A DNA stretch of 64,000 bases from FCB group bacterium (GTDB taxonomy: Bacteria > Zixibacteria > MSB-5A5 > GN15 > JAAZOE01), in contig JAAEQF010000083.1 in NCBI GenBank assembly GCA_024231695.1, forward strand, positions 588-64,587, given 5' to 3'. The translations under genes were made by a program, and so were the position numbers. The notes beneath the pieces were generated by a model. That model had not been told where the DNA came from. It was given only the letters and a program-made list of their open reading frames with translations, and searched no databases. Positions 38,388-45,229 of the stretch are shown piece by piece; within the stretch, counting starts at the first letter, position 1; the number at the start of each line of letters is the position of its first letter.

Positions 38388-39230
38388 TTAGCGTTTGAGG
38401 TATTCCCCTGAAAAAACAAACTCCACCGGTCCCTTGATGATTATCTCATCGGTTTGCACCGCCCATTCAACCTGCAATGTTCCAGCCGGGCTGAGGACAT
38501 CCACTTTCCGACCGGTAAAACCTCGCATAATCGATATCGCCGCTGCGGCGGCGGCTCCGGTACCCGAAGAACGGGTTGGTCCAACTCCTCGTTCCCAATC
38601 ACGGACCTCAATGTTTTTATTGTCACGGACGATCACAAAACCAACATTGATCCTATCCGGAAACATACTATTGAATTCAAGCTGTTCGCCGATGCTCTCC
38701 CAGTCGAAATCGAAATCATCGCAAAAAAGAATTAAATGAGGATTGCCGACCGACACCGCTGAAGCGACAAACGACCGTCCGCCCAAATCAATCTTCTGAT
38801 TGACGAAGTAACGATTCTTGCTTTTGACAGGGATATCAGGTGCGTCAAAAATTGGCTTGCCCAGCGAGCCGGATACTATCTGCCGGTTGACGCCGCCCCG
38901 ATGAAATGTTATTCGTGAAGGTCCGGAAGCAGTGCTCAATTCGGTCGAGCGAGCGGAAATCAGTTTATTGCGCAGCAAGTGCATCGCCGCAATACGGAGA
39001 CCGTTGCCCGATTTTTCGGCCCAGCTTCCATCGGCATTGAATATTTCGACATGAAAGGAACCGCCCCGATCGAAGATCACCATCAATCCATCGGCTCCAA
39101 CACCATCGGGGCCAGCGCATATTTTTTCAGCCAGCAGACCGAACTTCTTGCGGTCGTTTCGGGATTGAATCTTTTCCAGGACAATAAAATTATTGCCCAA
39201 CGCGTGGTATTTGGAAAACGGTATCATCAT
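38388..39230 (-). CDS. dapF: Diaminopimelate epimerase-like protein with both catalytic Cys replaced by Ser
   Basis: KYHALGNNF, GVGADG, NADGS, VGNPH, WERGVG; EKSGNG and SSGTG at the CGNG and CGTG positions. Confidence 0.75.
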   Translation of the reverse strand: MMIPFSKYHALGNNFIVLEKIQSRNDRKKFGLLAEKICAGPDGVGADGLMVIFDRGGSFHVEIFNADGSWAEKSGNGLRIAAMHLLRNKLISARSTELSTASGPSRITFHRGGVNRQIVSGSLGKPIFDAPDIPVKSKNRYFVNQKIDLGGRSFVASAVSVGNPHLILFCDDFDFDWESIGEQLEFNSMFPDRINVGFVIVRDNKNIEVRDWERGVGPTRSSGTGAAAAAAISIMRGFTGRKVDVLSPAGTLQVEWAVQTDEIIIKGPVEFVFSGEYLKR

Positions 39231-39270
39231 AATGACAATTAATCTACGCGAATAGAAAGGTCAAACCAAC

Positions 39271-39298
39271 GAAAAACCCGCCACTTGGCGGGTTTTTC
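39271..39298. terminator. Intrinsic terminator hairpin downstream of the aminotransferase gene
   Basis: GAAAAACCCGCCA-CT-TGGCGGGTTTTTC perfect inverted repeat. Confidence 0.8.
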
Positions 39299-39385
39299 AA
39301 AAAAAAGCTCATCCCGTCCTCCCCAGGAACTCGGGGAGGGAAAATCAAGATGTGTCTCCACAGATGAAATATCTTATTAAAACCG

Positions 39386-40615
39386 CTATTGCGGCATGTT
39401 TTCCTTAATAATGCGGCCCAGCCGTTTGATCCCCTCGACGATATTCTCATCGTTGGCGTTGGAAAAGTTTAACCTCAGGGTCTCTTCCCCTCCACCATTG
39501 GGGAAGAACGGTGAACCATAAACGTAGGCAACCTTGGAATCGACCGCTTTGGGCAATAGATCCTTACCTGACATACCATTTGGAAGAGTCACCCACAGGA
39601 ACAAACCGCCATTAGGTTTGATAACTTTAACTTCGGACGGGAAATGTTCGCTGATCGTCTTGAGCATCAAATCTCTGCGCGGACGATAGAGCTTACAGAT
39701 ACTTTTAATCTGATCGTCAAGTTTGTCCATCAAAAGATATTCAAGCAAAACCATCTGACCAAAAGTGCTTGTATGCAGATCGCCGCACTGTTTAACTTTT
39801 TCGAAAACGCCCATCATATTCTCTGGCGCAATCAACCAGGCAATCCTGAAGCCGGGAGCGCAAATTTTGGAGAAAGTTGAAAGCGAAATAACTGTATCAC
39901 CGCCCAATGCCCGAAGCGAATCCACCGGCTCGCCTTCAAAACGAAGATCGCCGTAAGGATTATCATCGATAATCGGCAGATGGTAACGATTGGCTATATC
40001 GATCAACTGCAGGCGGCGTTTGAGAGACATCGTGATGCCTGACGGGTTTTGGAAATTGGGTACGACGTAGATAAATTTCGGCTTGTGTTTCTTTACCGCC
40101 GCTTCAACTTCATCTACAATCATCCCTTCCTTATCCATACCTACCGTGGCATAACGAGCCTGATAGAAATTAAACGCCTGCAAGGCGCCGACATATGTAG
40201 GAGCTTCGCAAACTACATAATCGCCAGGATCGAGGAAAGCACGCCCGACCAAATCCAGTCCCTGTTGGGAACCGGAGGTGATGATAATGTTTTCGGCCCT
40301 GAGTTCCGGAATCCGCCGCCGACCATAATCGGCGATGGCTTCGCGAAATTCGCGCACTCCCATCGACAGCGAATACTGCAATGCCTGATGATGATATTTG
40401 TCATAAACCCTGATGGTGGCTTCTCGGAGATCATCTTCGGGAAACGATTCAGGCGCCGGCAACCCGCCGGCAAAGGATATCACCCCCGGCTTGGAAGATA
40501 ACTTGAGAATCTCGCGGATAATCGAAGTTTCCAGATCCAGCACGTGGGGGACAACACCCCATTTTTCTGGTGTAGTCATTTTGGTTAAATCCGATTTTAT
40601 AGTATTTGTGTCCAT
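39386..40615 (-). CDS. PLP-dependent aminotransferase (LysN/Aro8-like, class I)
   Basis: ISFAGGLP, TSGSQQGLD, PNFQNPSG, DNPYGDL, TFSKI.APG.R, LRLNFS. Confidence 0.92.
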   Translation of the reverse strand: MDTNTIKSDLTKMTTPEKWGVVPHVLDLETSIIREILKLSSKPGVISFAGGLPAPESFPEDDLREATIRVYDKYHHQALQYSLSMGVREFREAIADYGRRRIPELRAENIIITSGSQQGLDLVGRAFLDPGDYVVCEAPTYVGALQAFNFYQARYATVGMDKEGMIVDEVEAAVKKHKPKFIYVVPNFQNPSGITMSLKRRLQLIDIANRYHLPIIDDNPYGDLRFEGEPVDSLRALGGDTVISLSTFSKICAPGFRIAWLIAPENMMGVFEKVKQCGDLHTSTFGQMVLLEYLLMDKLDDQIKSICKLYRPRRDLMLKTISEHFPSEVKVIKPNGGLFLWVTLPNGMSGKDLLPKAVDSKVAYVYGSPFFPNGGGEETLRLNFSNANDENIVEGIKRLGRIIKENMPQ

Positions 40616-40620
40616 GCTTA

Positions 40621-40648
40621 ATTATAATAAACAATAGCAGAAAGTCAA
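40621..40648 (-). promoter_or_regulatory. Sigma70-type promoter of the aminotransferase gene
   Basis: TTGACT-16 nt-TATAAT, ending 5 nt before ATG 40615. Confidence 0.7.
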
Positions 40649-40690
40649 GCCACGGGAGGTGAAAATATTCACAAAACTTGACCAGAAAGG

Positions 40691-41920
40691 TCAGGATAGC
40701 AACGTTCCTGCCAGCTTGATGCTCTTCTCTCCATAACGATCACGGATGGCATCCACCGCCTCGGTCAACCGACCGATTTCCTCTTCCTGAGGATTAACCA
40801 TTAATTCCAGTTGGACGCTTTCTCCGGTCTTGTGGTTCAAAGTCTCGTCCCCCTGATCATTGAAGCGGATTTTTATTAACTGGGACATTCGCACCCCCAA
40901 AAGCCGAACCGGAATTTTCATGCCGTATTCCTTGGGAATTAATCGCATTGCCTGCTGAAAAACAACATCACAGCGATCGGTCGGATGGTTGATTGTATGA
41001 GAGCGAGTGATGGTCTGGAAATCATGGGAACGGATTTTAACCGATATGGTGCGTCCGATATAGCCGCGCCGTCTCAACCTCCGGGCCACTTTATCGGCCA
41101 GCCACAACACCGTGGCCTTGATCCGAGTGGGGTCCTGAAGATCTTTGCCCAGGGTTGTTTCATGCGACATCGACTTGTCATGCGGCCTCTCCCGGTAGGG
41201 AACGGCCTTGGTTCGATCTATCCCCTGCGAAATGACCGACAATCCCTCGCCGTTTTTCCCGAGTATTCCTTTAAGCAATTTTGAATCGGTCGACGCCAGA
41301 TCAGCAACGGTATGTATCCCTTTACCGGCCAGAACCTTTTTGGTGCTTTCCCCCACGCCCCACAAAGCATCAACCGGCCGAGGATAATATATACGCTTGA
41401 ATTCATCGCGATCCAAAACCGTCAACCCATCCGGCTTGTTTAAACCGGAAGCCAGCTTAGCCAGATACTTGCTCGGGGCGATCCCCACCGAACAACTCAA
41501 TTGCAACTGATCTCTGATTTCCTGTTTCAATGCTTCGACCAGTTCTATCGGCCCGCCGAATAACTTCTCGGTCCCGGTGATGTCCATCGAAGCCTCATCC
41601 ACACTGAACGGTTCGACAATGGGTGTGTATTTTTCAAATATCTGCTGAAGGCGAGCCGAAACATAGACGTAGCCACGCAGGCCTGATGATATAAACACAC
41701 CCTGGGGACACAAACGCCGCGCTTTCACCGCCGACATTCCCGAATGCACACCGAATTTCCTGGCCTCGTATGAACAGGTCGAAACCACCCCTCTCTGCCC
41801 CGCACCACCGCCGACAATAACCGGCTTGCCTTTCAGATGCGGGTTATTGCGAACCTCCACCGCAGCAAAGAAAGCATCCATGTCAACATGGACTATGACC
41901 GGACTGAATTCAATCATCAT
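40691..41920 (-). CDS. dinB: Y-family DNA polymerase (DinB / Pol IV-like)
   Basis: HVDMDAFFA, CSYEARKFG, SVDEA, KLAS..NKP.G, clamp-binding-like QLELM, C-terminal D.IR.RYG tail. Confidence 0.93.
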   Translation of the reverse strand: MMIEFSPVIVHVDMDAFFAAVEVRNNPHLKGKPVIVGGGAGQRGVVSTCSYEARKFGVHSGMSAVKARRLCPQGVFISSGLRGYVYVSARLQQIFEKYTPIVEPFSVDEASMDITGTEKLFGGPIELVEALKQEIRDQLQLSCSVGIAPSKYLAKLASGLNKPDGLTVLDRDEFKRIYYPRPVDALWGVGESTKKVLAGKGIHTVADLASTDSKLLKGILGKNGEGLSVISQGIDRTKAVPYRERPHDKSMSHETTLGKDLQDPTRIKATVLWLADKVARRLRRRGYIGRTISVKIRSHDFQTITRSHTINHPTDRCDVVFQQAMRLIPKEYGMKIPVRLLGVRMSQLIKIRFNDQGDETLNHKTGESVQLELMVNPQEEEIGRLTEAVDAIRDRYGEKSIKLAGTLLS

Positions 41921-42165
41921 TCAACCCATATCTTGCTTATTACCCAGTGCGTCTTGCGCTCGTCGTATGAAAGCTGAAAAAAATTGGAAGAACTGTCAAC
42001 TACGGCAAAATGTCTGATTCGATATGCCCCTACATCGGTTTTCCAGTCGCCGGTCACTTCCGATATTTTGTACACCTGTCCATTCCAGCGAAACCGTGAC
42101 GGCCGCATACTGTTGTTCTGGAACAACACTACGACCTCGACTGATTCATCCATATCCTGATACAT
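41917..42165 (-). CDS. Small beta-rich protein, DUF6504/ImuB C-terminal-domain-like, coupled to dinB
   Basis: P..FRWNG..Y.I..V...W ... F.L.YD....W pattern; its stop overlaps the dinB start (ATGA). Confidence 0.7.
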   Translation of the reverse strand: MYQDMDESVEVVVLFQNNSMRPSRFRWNGQVYKISEVTGDWKTDVGAYRIRHFAVVDSSSNFFQLSYDERKTHWVISKIWVE

Positions 42166-42166
42166 A

Positions 42167-42253
42167 TCACCATTTCACCATAAAGAAATACTTTATTATA
42201 TCAGCCATACTTGTTAGTAACAATAGAGTTGCGACACCCGCAATATACCGCAT
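42167..42253 (-). CDS. Putative 28-aa hydrophobic small protein (unannotated)
   Basis: MRYIAGVATLLLLTSMADIIKYFFMVKW* behind AAAGGGGA; stop is 1 nt before the next ATG. Overlaps a good promoter, so it could be spurious. Confidence 0.3.
   Translation of the reverse strand: MRYIAGVATLLLLTSMADIIKYFFMVKW
42195..42223 (-). promoter_or_regulatory. Promoter for the small gene-dinB pair, with a palindrome over the -35 box
   Basis: TTGTTA-17 nt-TATAAT with extended TG; perfect inverted repeat TTGTTA-C-TAACAA at 42211-42223. Confidence 0.55.
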
Positions 42254-42296
42254 ATATCCCCTTTCTGATCATTTCATTCCCTTAAATTCGTCCCGA

Positions 42297-42917
42297 TCAG
42301 CGCATCCTGCGCATCAAACCGACCACTCTCCCGGCGATATAAAACCCCGGCGTATCCTCCTCGACAATAATCGGACCGAAAGCATCATTCTGCGGCTCCA
42401 GCCTTACCCGGTGTTTCTCCGGATAAAATTTCTTGACCGTCGCCTCTTCTCCGATAACGGCCACCACAATATCACCTCGAATCGGCTGTGCCTCCCGATG
42501 AACAAGAACGAAATCACCATCGAAAATACCGGCATTGATCATCGATTCCCCTTTGACTCGAAGACAGAACACATCCTCCGTCGGCAAAAAAGTGGTATCG
42601 ACGGCAATCTCGCCTTCCCGATTTTCGATCGCCGTAATCGGCAAACCGGCCGGAACCGATCCGACCAATGGGACTGTATGGTACCGAACCAGCGTCTGCC
42701 GGACCAGTTCGATTCCCCGCGACACCAATTTTTGGCGGCGAATATATCCTTTGGTCTCCAGAGCATCCAGAATCGAACGAACGCCGTTGGTCGAAGATAT
42801 ACTAAATTGCTCGCCGATCTCCCTGATTGTCGGCGGCATACCCGAACCGCGAATCTTATCCTCGATAAACGATAAAATTTGCTTTTGCCGTTCGGTCAGT
42901 TTTATTATGGGACTCAT
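42297..42917 (-). CDS. lexA: SOS repressor LexA
   Basis: LTERQ..IL, PPTIREIG wHTH, VPAG Ala-Gly cleavage site, GESM Ser, TVKK Lys; RBS GGAGGAG before ATG 42917. Confidence 0.96.
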   Translation of the reverse strand: MSPIIKLTERQKQILSFIEDKIRGSGMPPTIREIGEQFSISSTNGVRSILDALETKGYIRRQKLVSRGIELVRQTLVRYHTVPLVGSVPAGLPITAIENREGEIAVDTTFLPTEDVFCLRVKGESMINAGIFDGDFVLVHREAQPIRGDIVVAVIGEEATVKKFYPEKHRVRLEPQNDAFGPIIVEEDTPGFYIAGRVVGLMRRMR

Positions 42918-42945
42918 GTCTCCTCCATTGAGAACACCGTTAAAC

Positions 42946-42982
42946 TGCACATAAAGTTACTGCCCAAATGTTCAGGCGTCAA
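42946..42982 (-). promoter_or_regulatory. lexA promoter with candidate SOS box
   Basis: TTGACG-17 nt-TAACTT; imperfect palindrome TGCCC-AAAT-GTTCA (42961-42974) in the spacer and a second half-site TGCAC at 42946. Confidence 0.6.
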
Positions 42983-43039
42983 TCATAAAATCGGCATTAT
43001 TTCGATAAAAATGAGATAAGTGACAGGGAAAATTAACTG

Positions 43040-44026
43040 CTAATAACGGCAGCTGAGACCGAAAATGAGTCCGAAATCGACTGAATTGCGGAATTTGAAA
43101 AGGTTTTCAACTATTCCATATTCCAGCATGAGATGCGGTGAAACAACATGTTTAACGCCAAGGATCAACTCATGAGTCGGGTCAGAAAATCCCTCAAAAG
43201 TAGCCGCTACGCCTGAATTCGACAATTGCTGAGCAATCAGAGATATCTTTTTGCTGACTGAATATTCAACCGCGGCAAAAAAGGTCCATTGGTACGGTCT
43301 TAATTCTATATCAAAGAGGCTTCCCGAACCGTACTCCCCGTAGCCCAGTGTAGTATAAAGATAAAATGGTCCTGACCGGTGAGTGCTGGCCAGCGAAAAA
43401 GCGCCATCGACCCCTCCGGAACCGTAATACTCACGCTGAGTGGCAGTCGGTAATCGCAACAGAGCCGTCCAAACCAGCGATCTAAGCCACCCCTGCCCCC
43501 CGTATAGCCTATGGCGAGCCAGGAGGCTTACATCGCCCATGATCGTGCCCTTATCGGTGTTATCGAATACAACTACTTCCTTACCGCTATTGTTGACAAA
43601 ACTTACCTGTATGGCATTTACCGGAAATTCGCCCCGGTCAGCTTGTCCCAGCCCAAAACGGTCATGAAATCTCATTATCATCGGATCGAGAACCCCTCCG
43701 GAACGGCTGATTAGCGGAGCCATAACAGCGAATTCAATATCTTTCCCGATCCCTATGGAAAAACCAATAATATTTTGCAGGATTTCCACATCAAGCAAAT
43801 AACGGTCAGTCTTGTTCCAGCGGTTGGTCAAGCTGTTGAAAAGCGTCAGTTCCCATCTTCCCCGCTCCAATATTTCCGGGCGAATGGGCACCAGATCGAG
43901 TCGCAGAGTCTGAAGCGGTGTTTGCCCGGTTATGGGCAATGGCCCTTTGGGCGGATTCTGCCCGGCCGCGACCAATTGGCCCCAGATGAGCATCATCAGC
44001 AGAAAGGCTATCCTGGTTGTTTTCAT
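43040..44026 (-). CDS. Exported beta-barrel-like protein (DUF3187-like)
   Basis: Signal peptide, SGGVLD..I..FH..FGL motif, LRLPT, amphipathic strands, C-terminal aromatic residue. Confidence 0.6.
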   Translation of the reverse strand: MKTTRIAFLLMMLIWGQLVAAGQNPPKGPLPITGQTPLQTLRLDLVPIRPEILERGRWELTLFNSLTNRWNKTDRYLLDVEILQNIIGFSIGIGKDIEFAVMAPLISRSGGVLDPMIMRFHDRFGLGQADRGEFPVNAIQVSFVNNSGKEVVVFDNTDKGTIMGDVSLLARHRLYGGQGWLRSLVWTALLRLPTATQREYYGSGGVDGAFSLASTHRSGPFYLYTTLGYGEYGSGSLFDIELRPYQWTFFAAVEYSVSKKISLIAQQLSNSGVAATFEGFSDPTHELILGVKHVVSPHLMLEYGIVENLFKFRNSVDFGLIFGLSCRY

Positions 44027-44124
44027 CTAAAGAGACCCGTTCCCGTTCAATGTCTTCACCCCAATATTCATTGATATCGGAACAATCTCTTTTAATTTCA
44101 GTTCCCGCAAGACGGTTAATCCAC

Positions 44125-44152
44125 TTGACTTGCGTGATAAATACATTAAATT
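44125..44152 (+). promoter_or_regulatory. Sigma70-type promoter upstream of the DUF1573-type selenoprotein gene
   Basis: TTGACT-16 nt-TAAATT. Confidence 0.5.
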
Positions 44153-44243
44153 GACCGTATATTTGGCTGGAAGACCTCTATCGGGAACCTTTCCGGTCGA
44201 TTATGTATATAACAGTTAGGAATTGCATATACTTGGAGGATTG

Positions 44244-45029
44244 ATGCGAAACGTATGGCTAACGGCCGTTTCAGTTATTATTATAACTCTTCTTTTGGCA
44301 GCGACGGTAATGGCTTTGCCGAAAATGTATTTGCCCGAAGAAGTGTTTGATTTCGGATATACGCCCCAAAACAGCAAAATATCTCATGTCTTTTGGATAA
44401 AATCGGTCGGCGAGGATTCGCTCAAAATTGTCAGCGTAAAACCTGGCTGAGGATGCACCAAGGCTCCAATTAAGAAGTCGGAGCTTGCTGTCGGTGACAG
44501 CACTGAGCTTGAAATTATTTTCTCCACCGGTAAACGGGTCGGCAAAACGAGTAAACGTCCGACTATCACGACCAACGAGGGACCTCCCTCGCGCCGGGTA
44601 ACAGTCAAGGCGGATATTATCCGCCAACCCGATTCTACTTACCCTATTGTCATCAATCCTTATCGTATTTATGTTTCCAAGGCAGGCGATACGGAAGTTG
44701 ATGAGGCGAAGTTCACCATTACCAACGTTTCCGACATAGATCTTGAACTCGAAATTCTCAGCGAACCGTATGGTTACTTTGTACTGGATATTCCCAAGAC
44801 GATCAAGGCCGGCGAGGCTATTGACTGTGAGCTTAAAGTTAATTATATGCAGTTGGGTCACTCTTTCAACAAATCGATAACGATCGGATTAAATGACCCG
44901 ATTAATTCGCGGTTTACAATTCCGATAGTCAGAAGATTGATTGGCCACCAGGCTACTGCCAACAAAACCAACAAAGCCAATAAGCCTAAAGCCCAGCCGC
45001 AACAGGATAAAAAGCCTGGCGGCAAATAA
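44244..45029 (+). CDS. Exported DUF1573-type (Ig-like) protein, predicted selenoprotein (Sec69, U-G-C motif), 261 aa
   Basis: RBS GGAGGA, signal peptide, FDFG...HVF.IK..G.D.LKI..VKPG-TGA-GCT matching the family CGCT motif. Frame stays open from 44451 to TAA at 45029, joining ORF-track fragments 44223..44450 and 44847..45029. Confidence 0.85.
44459..44502 (+). promoter_or_regulatory. Candidate SECIS element(s) after TGA 44448-44450
   Basis: Hairpin CAAGGCTCC-AATTAAGAAGTC-GGAGCTTG starting 8 nt after the TGA; alternative perfect stem TGCTGTC-GGT-GACAGCA at 44486-44502. Confidence 0.55.
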
Positions 45030-45050
45030 GACTCCTTACAAGCGATTTTT

Positions 45051-45088
45051 TACGGCCCCTCGAAGATTAATTCGGCGGGCCGTTTTTT
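45051..45088 (+). terminator. Intrinsic terminator after the DUF1573-type gene
   Basis: ACGGCCC...GGGCCGT stem followed by TTTTT. Confidence 0.7.
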
Positions 45089-45229
45089 ATATGATTTTGT
45101 TCTTTGCGTTTGCCGATCTTTTATTATAATAACAGGAGACTGGGAACAAACGCGGCCAATCGATGGTTGAATTTGAAGACGATTAACGCGGTTTCAGCCC
45201 ATGTATTGTAGATGAGGAGAAACAACTCG

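Noticed and set aside
39231-39265. Leaderless promoter for the dapF-like gene (TTGACC upstream)
   Set aside because: No convincing -10 hexamer at 16-18 nt spacing.
42024-42875. 283-aa plus-strand ORF over lexA
   Set aside because: Antisense to a well-supported gene and has no domain features; the same applies to other long shadows such as 9376..10263, 26904..27569 and 51609..52421.
44271-44861. 196-aa minus-strand ORF in the ORF track
   Set aside because: It is the antisense shadow of the read-through DUF1573-type gene and has no recognisable motifs.
44955-45026. Short repeats (GCCAACAAAACCAACAAAGCCAATAAG...) at the end of the DUF1573-type gene
   Set aside because: Explained by a low-complexity Lys/Asn/Pro tail; not a DNA repeat array.
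45163-45186. 7-aa upstream ORF MVEFEDD before the HesB-like gene
   Set aside because: The nearest SD-like AGGAG is about 25 nt upstream of its ATG; too short to support.
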